From NCBI GenBank assembly GCA_965223505.1, contig CBDCWP010000034.1, positions 128,001-192,000 of the forward strand: a DNA stretch of 64,000 nt, in the 5' to 3' direction. The notes below the pieces were generated by a model that searched no databases, was not told the DNA's origin, and saw only the letters and a list, made by a program, of their open reading frames with translations. Shown in pieces: positions 10,798 through 20,725 of the stretch. The translations under genes were made by a program, and so were the position numbers. Numbering within the stretch: position 1 is the stretch's first letter; every line of letters starts with the position of its first letter. This DNA comes from Planctomycetota bacterium. Lineage in GTDB: Bacteria > Planctomycetota > PLA2 > JAEUHO01.

Positions 10798-12876
10798 TTA
10801 CAGAATCGTGAATGCTTCGTGAAGCGCGTCGGTCAGGGAGGCGTAGTTCGCGTCCAGGGACAGCCGAAGCAGACTCGGCTTCGTCTCGGGATCCGCCATG
10901 AGCCCCAGCGAGGTCAGCGCGAACGCGCGTCCGATGTCGCTGCGCTCGTCGCTCTTGGCTGCGCCGATCACGCTCGGAACGGCCGCGAGATCGCCCAGCT
11001 GGCCCAGCGCGATCGCCACCTGCGCCAGCACGCGTTCGGTCGACGCGTTCTCGAGCTCGCGCATCAAGGGCTGGCCCTCGTCCTTGCGGCTCAGCAGCGA
11101 GAGTGCCAGCGCCGCCTCGCTGCGAAGTTCCTCGGACCGCTTGTCCCACAAGGCGACCTTCAGCGCCTTCAGGATGTCGGCGCGCCGTGAGCTCATCTGC
11201 CCGAGGCTGACCGCGGCATAGCCGCGAAGCGCCGGGTCGTTGTTTCGATCCTCGAGGATCGAGATGAGCACGTCCGTGGACTCGAGCGTCGACTTGTGCG
11301 TGTTCACGAGGCCGAGCGCGACGACGAACGCCGAGCGCACGCCGGCACCGCCGCGTCCGCTCTCGAGCTGTTTCATGATCAGCGCACGCGACTGGTTGAT
11401 GAACGTGGCGGTCGTCTTGTGCTCCGGGGGCACCCGGTAGACCGACAGCGCCAGCGCCAGCGCACCGAAGCCACGCTGCGTCGCGACGCCGTTCTTCGCC
11501 TCCTTGAAGAGACGGCCGGTCAAGTCGCTGCGTCCGGCGAAGCGCGGGTTGCCTGCACGGAGATCAGCGCCGATCACGCGTCCGAGCGCGAGCTGCGCGA
11601 GGCCCCTGCTGAGGGGATCGCGCGCATAGCGGCACCCCTTCGACCACGCCTCGACGGCTTCCAGCCGCTCCGCCTCGGTCATCAGCTCGGCACGCGCGCC
11701 CAACGCGATGAACGCTGCGCGGCGGACCTCCTGCGGCGCCTGCCGCCAGGTCAGCGCGCGCAACAAGACGGGGGTCGTTCGGGAGCCGCCCAGGTGCACG
11801 AGCGTCGAGAACGCGTGGGCGCGTTCGTCGTCCGACCACTTGCGACGGAACACGCGCTTGCCCGTCACGATGTCGTGCAGGCCCTCGCGCACCGTCTCGG
11901 CGACGCCCGCCGGGGGTTGCAGCCGCAGCGCCGTCATCAGCGCGATCGGGATCTCCTGCGACGAGTACTTCGCGCCCAGTCGGTTCCACAGGTCGCGCGT
12001 GGTGAGCTTGCCGTCGCTCGCGAACGGACCGTCGTACGCCTGGTCGGCGAGAAGGCCGATGGACATCGCGGCGAACGCGCGCGTGCGGGTCGGCGCCGAA
12101 CGGTCGTCGATGATGGTGAACAGCCGATGCCGCACCGCTTCCATCACGTCGGCTTCGAAGCGGTGGTTGGGGCTCGTGCGGCGCAGCAGTCCGACGGCGA
12201 GCGCGCCGGACTCGCGGACGAGCGGCGACGCCTTCGCATCCTCGGCGTGTCGGAAGATCACCTCGATCGACATCGGGTCCTTGGTCACCTTCGCCAACGC
12301 GATGAGCGCGGCGGACCGCACCTCGTCGTGCAGGCGGTTCGCGGGATCGAGCAGCTCGAGCAGATACGGCACGATCTGCTTGCTCGCCGCGAGGTCGCGG
12401 ACCTTGTCCCACTTCGCCCGCGCGATGTCCCCGTGCTCTTCGTGTTGCGACGGCGTGACGGCCTCCCGGAACACGCGTTGCGAGTGGCGGTCGGGAAGGA
12501 ACGACCAGCGGTTGAGGTTCCACCAGGTCTGCCAGGTCGACTCCCACGAGGCCGTGGGGGCGCTGGGCCCGCGTCCTCTTCCCCCCGGTCCGGTCGCGGG
12601 ACGACGTCCCGTCTGGGGCGGCGTCGAGGGGGTCGTCGAGGGCATGCCCACCGGCCCCGAGGTCGGGGGCGCGGCGGTGATGGGCGGAGGCCGCGGGCCG
12701 TTGCTCGACGGCGGCAGCAGCCCGGGTTCCGGCGGCGGCGGCGGCGGCGGCGGCGTCGGGTTGGGATTGATGCGCCCGCCGTGGGCGAAGGCCGGCGTGA
12801 CGTCGATCGCGAAGAATGCCGCCAGGAGGCATCCGAGGAGAGCCACGTCCACACACAGGCGTCGCGTCGATGTCAT
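10798..12876 (-). CDS. Exported HEAT-repeat protein with Pro-rich N-terminus
   Basis: Signal peptide ending AFA-HGG, poly-Pro, W-rich segment, and repeated VRSAALIAL / LRGYAAVSLG / LRSEAALAL HEAT-like motifs. Confidence 0.75.
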   Translation of the reverse strand: MTSTRRLCVDVALLGCLLAAFFAIDVTPAFAHGGRINPNPTPPPPPPPPEPGLLPPSSNGPRPPPITAAPPTSGPVGMPSTTPSTPPQTGRRPATGPGGRGRGPSAPTASWESTWQTWWNLNRWSFLPDRHSQRVFREAVTPSQHEEHGDIARAKWDKVRDLAASKQIVPYLLELLDPANRLHDEVRSAALIALAKVTKDPMSIEVIFRHAEDAKASPLVRESGALAVGLLRRTSPNHRFEADVMEAVRHRLFTIIDDRSAPTRTRAFAAMSIGLLADQAYDGPFASDGKLTTRDLWNRLGAKYSSQEIPIALMTALRLQPPAGVAETVREGLHDIVTGKRVFRRKWSDDERAHAFSTLVHLGGSRTTPVLLRALTWRQAPQEVRRAAFIALGARAELMTEAERLEAVEAWSKGCRYARDPLSRGLAQLALGRVIGADLRAGNPRFAGRSDLTGRLFKEAKNGVATQRGFGALALALSVYRVPPEHKTTATFINQSRALIMKQLESGRGGAGVRSAFVVALGLVNTHKSTLESTDVLISILEDRNNDPALRGYAAVSLGQMSSRRADILKALKVALWDKRSEELRSEAALALSLLSRKDEGQPLMRELENASTERVLAQVAIALGQLGDLAAVPSVIGAAKSDERSDIGRAFALTSLGLMADPETKPSLLRLSLDANYASLTDALHEAFTIL

Positions 12877-13121
12877 GTCGCGGTCGTTCCTCGCTCGCCC
12901 GTGCCCAAGCACATCCTAAGGGCATATCCCGCCATTTTCCGGGGCTGGACGTCCCGAACGCGCCTCGACTGCGGCCAACGTCCCCGCAGCGCAACACAAC
13001 CGTCGCGGCCGCGAGCCGTTCGCCGGCCGTGTCGGGCCCGAAGGGCGGGTCGGTGCCTCGTGCGCTGCGCGTGTAGAGTGACTCGAGAGATGGGCGCGGC
13101 ACCTCGGGAGGCCCCTTTCAC

Positions 13122-15968
13122 ATGTGGTTCCAACGACTTGCGGCGTCCGCGGTGGTCGCCGTCGTCCTCTTGGCCGGCGCCTGCGGCGGCGGCGGCAATG
13201 AGCCCGCGCCCCAACCCCCGCCGCCCGGCCCGCCCAACCCCAATCCCACGCCGCTCGCCTTCGTGAACTGGGAGACGCCGCCGTGTTGCCCGCTGCAGTA
13301 CGACGCGAGCACCGACCGGTTGTTCCTCGCCAGCACGCCGGACCATCGTCTCGAGGTGTTTGACACGACGACGGGCGTACCCGTGCCGCTCGCGTCGATC
13401 CCCGTCGGACTGGCGCCCGTCACCGTGCGGCTGCGAACGGCGACCGAGGCCTGGGTCGTCAATCACGTCTCCGACTCGGTGAGCATCGTCGACCTCGGCA
13501 CGCTGCGGGTGCGCGCGACGCTGCAGACGCTCGACGAACCGTGCGACGTCGTTTTCGCGAACGGCCGCGCGTTCGTCTCGTGTTCCCAGGTGAACACCGT
13601 GCAGGTGTTCGACCCGGCGAACCTCGCGGCCGCGCCGCAGTCGATCCCGATCGACGGCGAGGATCCGCGCGCGCTCGCCGTGAGTCCCGCCGGCGATCGG
13701 GTGTACGTCGCCATCTTCGAGTCGGGCAACGCCACGACGATCCTGGGCGGCGGCGCGCTCGAGAACAATCCGCTGCTCGGCGGCGGCGACTTCTTCCCGC
13801 CGAACGTCGTCAACGATCCCGCGACGCCGCACGGCGGCGTGAACCCTCCGCCGAACGATGGTGTCGGGTTCTCGCCCGCCGTCAACGTTCTCAATCCGGC
13901 GATGCCGGCCGTCGGACTGATCGTCCGGAAGGACTCAGCCGCGGCCTGGATGGACGACAACGGCGGCGACTGGACCGCGTTCGTGTCCGGCGCCCAGGCG
14001 GCGCTGTCGGGGCGGCCGGTGGGGTGGGATCTCCCGGACCGGGACGTCGCGGTCATCGACACCAACACGCTCGCCGTCACCACGCACGCCACGGGCTTGA
14101 TGAACATCTGCATGGGCATGGCCGTCAACCCCGCCGACGGCCGCATCTGTGTCGTCGGCACGGACGCCACGAACGAGATTCGATTCGAGCCCAACGTCAA
14201 CGGACGGTTCGTGCGCGTGTTGATGGCCCGTGTGGATGCCGCCGACGTCACCAACAAGGCGATCGACGACCTCAACCCGCATCTCACCTACGCGACCCCG
14301 ACCGTGCCCCAGCCGCTGCGCGACCTGAGCATCGGCGATCCACGCTGCATCGTCTTCAACACGGCCGGTACGCGTGCGTTCGTCGCCGGCATGGGGTCGA
14401 ACAACGTCTTGCAGGTCGATGCGAACGGTGTGCGCGTCGGTACGACCCCGAACATCGACGTCGGTAGGGGCCCTTCCGGCCTGGCGATCGATGCCGCGCG
14501 CGATCAGCTGTACGTCTGGAACCGGTTCGAGGGCACGATCTCGATCGTCGACCTCACGCTCGAGACCGAGCTGCAGCGCGTGCCGATCTTCGATCCGACG
14601 CCGCCGGTCATTCAGACGGGGCGCCGCCACCTCTACGACACGCACGGCACGTCGGGGCTGGGGCAGGCCGCGTGCGCGTCGTGCCACGTCGACGCCCGGA
14701 TGGACCGGCTGGGGTGGGACCTCGGCGATCCGTCCGGCGACGTGGCCTCGTCCGCCCATCAGAACTGTACGCAGACGGGGTTCCTGCAACCGTGCGAGGA
14801 CTACCACCCGGCCAAAGGCCCGATGACGACGCAGACGCTGCAGGACATCATCGGGCACGAGCCGCATCACTGGCGCGGCGACCGTGACGGCATCGAGGCC
14901 TTCAACGGAGCGTTCTTCTCGCTGATGGGGGACGACACGGCGCTCTCGCCCGCCGAGATGCAGGCGTTCGAGGACTTCCTCGCGACGATCGCGTTCCCGC
15001 CGAACCCGTTTCGCAACACGGACAACACGCTCCCGCTCAACGTGCCTTTGCCGGGGCACTTCGCGACGGGACGGTTCGCGCTGAACGCCGGTGATCCGTT
15101 GCCGGCGGGCAACGCGGTCAACGGACTGAACCTGTACCGCTTCGGAAACATGGACGGCGGCATCATCGGCGCGCAGTGCGTGACGTGTCACACGATGCCG
15201 ACGGGCCTGGGAACGGATCACGACTTCGTGCCCGACATCTTCAACCTGACCGGCAACTACGACGCCAACCCCCGGCCCCTCGGTCCGAACGGCGAGCACC
15301 ACCTCGCATTGACGAGTTTGGACGGCGGCACCAACATCTCGATGAAGGTTCCGCAGCTTCGGAACATGCACGAGAAGGTCGGCTTCGACACGACGCAGGG
15401 GTCGAACAGCGCCGGCTTCGGCTTCCTGCACGACGGCAGCGTGGACTCGTTGGCGCGGTTCGTCTCCGAGCCGTTGTTCGCAACGACATCGGATCAGGAC
15501 GTCGCGGACCTGGTCGCGTTCATGCTCGCGTTCTCGGGCTCGGACCTACCTGCCGGCTCGGTGGTCGGGCCGTCCGAGCCGCCCGGCGTCTCGAGTCTCG
15601 ACACGCACGCCGCGGTCGGCAAGCAGGTGACCTACTCGGGCGGAGCGCAGCCTGCGTTGATCAACGAGCTGATCGCGTTGGCGCAGAACGCGGAGATCGA
15701 TCTCATCGTGAAGGGCGTGTTCGGCAACGAGAACCGCGGTTGGGTCTACGACCGAACGACGGTCATGTTGTTGTCCGACCGCGCGGCGCAGGTGCACACG
15801 GTGGCCGAGGTTCTTGCTGCTGCGGCGGCGAATGCGCCGCAGACGTGGACGGCGGTGCCGAGCGGGCTCGGCATGCGACTCGGGATCGACCGCGACGAGG
15901 ACACGTTTCCGGACCGCGACGAGCTCGATGCCGGATCCGACCCGACGAGCCAGCTGAGCACGCCGTAG
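13122..15968 (+). CDS. Lipoprotein: YVTN/YncE-like beta-propeller fused to a dihaem cytochrome c (CcP/MauG-like) domain
   Basis: Lipobox LAGAC; propeller repeats (IPVGLAPV, WVVNHVSDSVSIVD); CASCH and CVTCH haem motifs; KVPQLRN and FLHDGS; acidic DRDEDTFPD tail. Confidence 0.8.
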   Translation: MWFQRLAASAVVAVVLLAGACGGGGNEPAPQPPPPGPPNPNPTPLAFVNWETPPCCPLQYDASTDRLFLASTPDHRLEVFDTTTGVPVPLASIPVGLAPVTVRLRTATEAWVVNHVSDSVSIVDLGTLRVRATLQTLDEPCDVVFANGRAFVSCSQVNTVQVFDPANLAAAPQSIPIDGEDPRALAVSPAGDRVYVAIFESGNATTILGGGALENNPLLGGGDFFPPNVVNDPATPHGGVNPPPNDGVGFSPAVNVLNPAMPAVGLIVRKDSAAAWMDDNGGDWTAFVSGAQAALSGRPVGWDLPDRDVAVIDTNTLAVTTHATGLMNICMGMAVNPADGRICVVGTDATNEIRFEPNVNGRFVRVLMARVDAADVTNKAIDDLNPHLTYATPTVPQPLRDLSIGDPRCIVFNTAGTRAFVAGMGSNNVLQVDANGVRVGTTPNIDVGRGPSGLAIDAARDQLYVWNRFEGTISIVDLTLETELQRVPIFDPTPPVIQTGRRHLYDTHGTSGLGQAACASCHVDARMDRLGWDLGDPSGDVASSAHQNCTQTGFLQPCEDYHPAKGPMTTQTLQDIIGHEPHHWRGDRDGIEAFNGAFFSLMGDDTALSPAEMQAFEDFLATIAFPPNPFRNTDNTLPLNVPLPGHFATGRFALNAGDPLPAGNAVNGLNLYRFGNMDGGIIGAQCVTCHTMPTGLGTDHDFVPDIFNLTGNYDANPRPLGPNGEHHLALTSLDGGTNISMKVPQLRNMHEKVGFDTTQGSNSAGFGFLHDGSVDSLARFVSEPLFATTSDQDVADLVAFMLAFSGSDLPAGSVVGPSEPPGVSSLDTHAAVGKQVTYSGGAQPALINELIALAQNAEIDLIVKGVFGNENRGWVYDRTTVMLLSDRAAQVHTVAEVLAAAAANAPQTWTAVPSGLGMRLGIDRDEDTFPDRDELDAGSDPTSQLSTP

Positions 15969-16041
15969 GCGCCGTCGCCACGTCGCGTCTCCCGCGACCC
16001 GTGAGAAACCAACGCACGGTGAGACGCGCCGTTCGCCGCGC

Positions 16042-16752
16042 CTACCGGCTCGCCACCCACGCCTTCGCCTCGTCCGTCCCGTACTCGCGCCAGTACGCGA
16101 GGCAGCGCGCCCAGTCGTCGTCGCTCAGACGTCCCTGCTCGCGGAGGAACGACAGGGTCTCGGTCATCGTGACGACCGGCAACACCGGCACCCCGGTGAG
16201 CTCCGTGAACGCCTGCACCGCGCCGGACCCGTCGGCCTTGACCTCCTGCCGATCCAAGACGATCAGCAGCGCCGCAACGGAGCTGTTCGGCGCGATGCGC
16301 CTCAACAGCTCCACCGCCTCCATCTTCGTCGCGCCGTCGGTGAGCACGTCGTCCACCATGACGAAGCGCGCGTCGTCGGCCGGAACGCGACCCAACAGCT
16401 GCTTCGCGACGTTGCCGCCGCTCGCTTCGGCGCCGTGCGCCTTGGCTTCCTTGCGGTCCGAGAGGGCCGCCTTGTCCACGCCCCGCTCCGCGAGGGCCAC
16501 CACCATCGCCACGGCGAGGGGGATGCCCTTGTAGGCCGGGCCGAACACGACGTCGAAGGCGTCCGCCCCGACGCGATCGAGCGCCGTCTCGGCGTAGGCG
16601 GCGCCGACCTTGGCGTAGCGCGCTCCCGTGTCGAGGAGGCCCGTGTTCAGGAACACGGGGGACGTCCGACCGCTCTTCAGCGTGAACTCACCGAATCGCA
16701 GCGCCTCGGCCTCCAGGAGAAAGTCGACGAACGCCTGTTGATACGCCTGCAT
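16042..16752 (-). CDS. pyrE: Orotate phosphoribosyltransferase
   Basis: FGEFTLKSGRTSP, FGPAYKGIPL, RKEAK and VDDVLTDG motifs. Confidence 0.93.
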   Translation of the reverse strand: MQAYQQAFVDFLLEAEALRFGEFTLKSGRTSPVFLNTGLLDTGARYAKVGAAYAETALDRVGADAFDVVFGPAYKGIPLAVAMVVALAERGVDKAALSDRKEAKAHGAEASGGNVAKQLLGRVPADDARFVMVDDVLTDGATKMEAVELLRRIAPNSSVAALLIVLDRQEVKADGSGAVQAFTELTGVPVLPVVTMTETLSFLREQGRLSDDDWARCLAYWREYGTDEAKAWVASR

Positions 16753-16967
16753 GCCTCGGGCTCCGGGTGGGTTCGGCGGAGCATAGCGGTGGCGGGGACG
16801 GGACCTGCAAGACGACCCGACCCCGCGGAGGGAACGTGTCACCCGCCGGTCACTGCCAAATCGGCCTAAGACCTTCTGAGAGCCTGATTTCGGGGCAATT
16901 CGGGCGGGGGTTGAGTGGACTTCCGGCCGCGAAACCGTTATCTGGAACATCGACACGGGAGGGGCGC

Positions 16968-17141
16968 ATGCAGCGCATTCGCAGACGAATCGCAACGGTA
17001 CTCCTGGCGGGCTCGTTCCTGGTTCCGCTGCCGGGCTGCTCCGGGGCGCAGACGGGCGCCGGGTTCGGGGCGCTGGCCAAGCTGGCCCTCGGAATCGGCG
17101 CCAGCGTCGGCAGCTACCTGCTGATCCAGGAGCTGGACTAG
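16968..17141 (+). CDS. Small putative lipoprotein (57 aa)
   Basis: GGAGG RBS, basic N-terminus, LPGC lipobox and a glycine-rich hydrophobic C-terminal helix. Confidence 0.6.
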   Translation: MQRIRRRIATVLLAGSFLVPLPGCSGAQTGAGFGALAKLALGIGASVGSYLLIQELD

Positions 17142-17202
17142 GCCCGAAGGCGGGTCCGGCGCAGCCCGAGAAATTGGGGCCGCGCGGCAGGGGCATCCTT
17201 TG

Positions 17203-17230
17203 TTGACCGCCCCGATGCCCCCCGTAACAT
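17203..17230 (+). promoter_or_regulatory. Putative sigma70-type promoter of the tRNA-tuf operon
   Basis: TTGACC-16 nt-TAACAT followed by GC-rich sequence, about 60 nt upstream of tRNA-Gly. Confidence 0.55.
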
Positions 17231-17289
17231 TCGCCGCTTACGGGCTTCGTTTCGCCTTGCCGTCTTCCGGGGGCCCCGGACGACAGGGT

Positions 17290-17363
17290 GCGGGCGTAGC
17301 TCAATGGTAGAGCTGCGGCCTTCCAAGCCGCTGACGTGGGTTCGATTCCCATCGCCCGCTCCA
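17290..17363 (+). tRNA. tRNA-Gly (TCC)
   Basis: GCGGGCG acceptor stem, anticodon arm GCGGC-CT TCC AA-GCCGC, GTTCGA T-loop, encoded CCA. Confidence 0.96.
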
Positions 17364-17487
17364 CGTTCCGGACCGCTGGTCCCGGTGCGCGGCCGCGAGT
17401 GTCTGCCTTCGTTCGGGACGCGTCGTATGCCGCGTTGCGGGCGAATGCAAGTGGGGGCTCTCGTACGCAAGCTCCGGAGACGGGCTC

Positions 17488-17562
17488 GCTGGAGTAGCTC
17501 AGTGGTAGAGCACCTCCTTGGTAAGGAGGAGGTCGCGGGTTCAATCCCCGCCTCCAGCTCCA
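17488..17562 (+). tRNA. tRNA-Thr (GGT)
   Basis: GCTGGAG/CTCCAGC acceptor stem, loop TT GGT AA, GTTCAA T-loop, CCA. Confidence 0.96.
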
Positions 17563-17668
17563 CCCGAAGCTGGTGAGACAGATTTGGTTCCGGTTCGATT
17601 GGGGATCGGAAGAACGAACGACAGTTTGAGGCGGATGAGAGACCCGCCTGAATGAGGAGCGCCTTCCA

Positions 17669-18877
17669 ATGGCCAAGGACGTATTTGAGCGCACGAAGCC
17701 GCACGTGAACGTCGGCACGATCGGGCACGTGGACCACGGCAAGACCACCCTGACCGCAGCCATGACGTACGTGATGGAGGCGAAGGGCCACTCGAAGGCG
17801 AAGGCGTACGCCGACATCGCCAAGGGCGGCACGGTTCGCGACGAGACCAAGACGGTGACGATCGCCGCCGCCCACGTCGAGTACGAGACGGAGAACCGTC
17901 ACTACGCGCACGTGGACTGCCCCGGTCACGCCGACTACGTGAAGAACATGATCACGGGCGCCGCGCAAATGGACGGCGCGATCCTTGTGGTGTCGTCGTC
18001 GGACGGTCCCATGCCGCAGACGCGCGAGCACATCCTGCTCGCCCGCCAGGTCGGCGTGCCCGCGATCGTCGTCTTCATGAACAAGGTCGACCTCGTCGAC
18101 GACGAAGAGCTGCTCGAGCTCGTCGAGCTCGAGGTTCGCGAGCTTCTCAACGAGTACGAGTTCCCGGGCGACGAGATCCCGGTCGTGAAGGGCGCGGCGC
18201 TGAAGGCCATGAACAACCCGACCGACTTCGACGACCCGATCGGCGCCGGCTCGATCGTCAAGCTCCTCGAAGAGGTGGACAACTACATCCCGATCCCCGA
18301 GCGCGACGTCGACAAGCCGTTCCTGATGCCCATCGAGGACGTGTTCTCGATCAAGGGCCGCGGCACGGTCGGCACGGGCCGTATCGAGCGCGGTGTCGTC
18401 AAGATCGGCGACGCGATCGAGATCGTCGGGATCGCGGACGAGAACATGAGCACGACCTGCACGGGCGTGGAGATGTTCAACAAGACGCTCGACACCGGCG
18501 AGGCGGGTGACAACGTCGGCTTGCTCATGCGCGGCATGGACAAGGACAAGCTCGTCCGCGGCATGGTCGCGTGCAAGCCCGGCTCCATCAAGCCGCACAC
18601 CGAGTTCGAGGCCGAGGTCTACGTCCTGACGAAGGACGAAGGCGGCCGTCACACGCCGTTCTTCAAGGGCTACCGTCCGCAGTTCTACATGCGCACGACC
18701 GACGTCACGGGCTCGATCGAGCTCGCGGGCGGCGCCGAGATGTGCATGCCGGGCGACAACATCGGTATGAAGGTGACCCTGATCCAGCCCGTGGCGATCG
18801 AGGAAGGTCAGCGCTTCGCGATCCGCGAGGGTGGCCGCACCGTCGGTGCCGGCGCCATCGCGAAGATCATCAAGTAG
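17669..18877 (+). CDS. tuf: Elongation factor Tu
   Basis: [24 protein letters not shown] and NKVD motifs. Confidence 0.99.
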   Translation: MAKDVFERTKPHVNVGTIGHVDHGKTTLTAAMTYVMEAKGHSKAKAYADIAKGGTVRDETKTVTIAAAHVEYETENRHYAHVDCPGHADYVKNMITGAAQMDGAILVVSSSDGPMPQTREHILLARQVGVPAIVVFMNKVDLVDDEELLELVELEVRELLNEYEFPGDEIPVVKGAALKAMNNPTDFDDPIGAGSIVKLLEEVDNYIPIPERDVDKPFLMPIEDVFSIKGRGTVGTGRIERGVVKIGDAIEIVGIADENMSTTCTGVEMFNKTLDTGEAGDNVGLLMRGMDKDKLVRGMVACKPGSIKPHTEFEAEVYVLTKDEGGRHTPFFKGYRPQFYMRTTDVTGSIELAGGAEMCMPGDNIGMKVTLIQPVAIEEGQRFAIREGGRTVGAGAIAKIIK

Positions 18878-18917
18878 GACGGACGGTCCGAGCGCGGACT
18901 GACGAAGGAGTTCAACC

Positions 18918-19091
18918 GTGGCGAAATCAGCAGCCGCCCGTGGATACGTCTGGCTCCAGTGCACGGAGTCGGGTGATCTGAACTACCGGGTTCAGAAGCG
19001 CATCAAGGGCAACCCCTACAAGCTCGAGCTGAAGAAGTACTGTCCGAAGCTCAAGAAGCACACCATCCACAAGGAATCAAAGAAGAAGTGA
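18918..19091 (+). CDS. rpmG: 50S ribosomal protein L33
   Basis: Absent from the ORF track. GTG after AAGGAG gives [24 protein letters not shown]...[18 protein letters not shown]. Confidence 0.95.
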   Translation: MAKSAAARGYVWLQCTESGDLNYRVQKRIKGNPYKLELKKYCPKLKKHTIHKESKKK

Positions 19092-19154
19092 GCGATCGCG
19101 CCGCCGTCGGGCGGCGCGGTCTTTCAGCGCCTTCGGGCGCGACGGCACAGGAGT

Positions 19155-19230
19155 ACGGCAGTAGCTCAATTGGTAGAGCAGCTGATTCCAAATCAGCAGG
19201 TTGGGGGTTCAAGTCCTCCCTGCCGTGCCA
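19155..19230 (+). tRNA. tRNA-Trp (CCA)
   Basis: ACGGCAG/CTGCCGT acceptor stem, GCTGA-TT CCA AA-TCAGC, CCA end; usual position before secE. Confidence 0.96.
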
Positions 19231-19284
19231 GATTTGGGCCGTACCAGCCGTACCGGTAGCCCGCTGGATTGGACGCACACGTCG

Positions 19285-19698
19285 ATGAAGCTCGAGACGC
19301 TCAAGAAAGGCCAAGGCATCTACGCGAGGCGGCTCGCGTATGGGCTCTGCGGCGGCTTGGTCGCGTTCGGGGCGTACGCCCTCTGGACGGTGATCAACAA
19401 GGCCGACCAGGGTGTCTGGGTCTCCGACATTCCGGTGATCGGCGAGATCACCGTCTACAACGTGATCGCGATCGTCGTGTTCTTCGTCGGAATGCTGCTG
19501 TTGCATCTGTTCCTCAATCGCGTGGAGATGGTCGATCTGCTGATCGATACCGAGCAGGAGATGAAGAAGGTCTCCTGGCCGTCCAAAAAGGAGGTCCAGA
19601 ACTCCACGATCGTCGTGGTCATCGTGACCTTCGTGATGGCGATGGCGTTGTTCGGGTTCGACAAACTGCTTCGACTCGTCTTCCGGCTGGTGTTCTAG
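19285..19698 (+). CDS. secE: Preprotein translocase subunit SecE (3-TM type)
   Basis: EMKKVSWPSKKE motif; lies between tRNA-Trp and nusG. Confidence 0.93.
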   Translation: MKLETLKKGQGIYARRLAYGLCGGLVAFGAYALWTVINKADQGVWVSDIPVIGEITVYNVIAIVVFFVGMLLLHLFLNRVEMVDLLIDTEQEMKKVSWPSKKEVQNSTIVVVIVTFVMAMALFGFDKLLRLVFRLVF

Positions 19699-19707
19699 GG
19701 GGCCCTG

Positions 19708-20265
19708 GTGGCGCGACGTTGGTACGTGGTTCGAGTTCAGAGCGGTCGTGAGGGCACGGTGCAGACCTCGCTCACGCGCCGTTTGAAGATCGCCGGCAAG
19801 GAGGAGTCCGTGCCGCGCGTGCTCGTCCCGACGGAGGTCGTGACGGAGCTCAAGGGCGGCCGCAAGCGCACGCGCAAGAAGAAGCTCTACCCCGGATACG
19901 TGCTCGTCGAGATCGAGGAGGACGAAAAGGGCAAGGTGCCGCGCGACGTGTGGTTCCTCGTCCGCGAGACCGCGGGCGTCGGAGACTTCGTCGGGCCGCA
20001 CGGCGCCCCGGAGCCGCTCGACCAGGTCGAGGTCGACCGTTTGTTGCAGGTCGTCGACAAGAGCGAAGAGGAACAGCAGCCGCAGGTCCAGATCTCGATG
20101 AAGAAGGGCGATGCGGTCAAGATCAAGGAAGGTCCGCTCGAGTCGTTCGAGGGCGTCGTCGACGACGTCGTCCCGGCGAAGGGCATCGTGCGCGTGACCG
20201 TGACCATCTTCGGTCGCGCCACGCCGGTGGATCTGGAGTACTGGCAGGTCGAGGCGGTCAGCTAG
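19708..20265 (+). CDS. nusG: Transcription termination/antitermination factor NusG
   Basis: [21 protein letters not shown] motif and IFGRATPV. Confidence 0.97.
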   Translation: MARRWYVVRVQSGREGTVQTSLTRRLKIAGKEESVPRVLVPTEVVTELKGGRKRTRKKKLYPGYVLVEIEEDEKGKVPRDVWFLVRETAGVGDFVGPHGAPEPLDQVEVDRLLQVVDKSEEEQQPQVQISMKKGDAVKIKEGPLESFEGVVDDVVPAKGIVRVTVTIFGRATPVDLEYWQVEAVS

Positions 20266-20299
20266 GGCCCCTCATTGGCGCCAAGGAGGCGCAGGTTCG

Positions 20300-20725
20300 A
20301 TGGCGAAGGAAGTCAAAGCGAAGATCAAGCTTCAGTGTCCCGGTGGTCAGGCGACCCCGGCGCCTCCCGTCGGCCCCGCGCTCGGTCAGCACGGCGTGAA
20401 CATCGGCGACTTCGTGCGCCGTTTCAACGACGCGACGTCGAAGGACCAGGGCATCACGATTCCCGTGATCCTGACCGTGTACGCGGACCGCTCGTTCGAC
20501 TTCGAGGTGAAGAGTCCGCCCGCGGCGGTGCTGCTGCGCATGGCGGCCGGCGTCGACAAGGGCAGCGGCACGCCGAACACCGAGAAGGTCGGCAAGGTGA
20601 CCGAGGCCCAGTGCCGCGAGATCGCCGAGAAGAAGATGCAGGACCTCAACGCGTACGACGTCGACCAGGCCGTGCACATGATCTACGGCACCGCCCGTTC
20701 GATGGGCCTCGTCGTCGAAGGCTAG
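20300..20725 (+). CDS. rplK: 50S ribosomal protein L11
   Basis: [15 protein letters not shown] and GTARSMG motifs. Confidence 0.98.
   Translation: MAKEVKAKIKLQCPGGQATPAPPVGPALGQHGVNIGDFVRRFNDATSKDQGITIPVILTVYADRSFDFEVKSPPAAVLLRMAAGVDKGSGTPNTEKVGKVTEAQCREIAEKKMQDLNAYDVDQAVHMIYGTARSMGLVVEG

Noticed and set aside
12731..12754. (GGC)n microsatellite
   Set aside because: Encodes the poly-proline linker of the HEAT protein in frame; no sign of phase variation.
17364..17487. Possible extra tRNA (Tyr or Sec) between tRNA-Gly and tRNA-Thr
   Set aside because: No cloverleaf, T-loop with matching stem, or CCA end was found; selC was not seen anywhere in the window.
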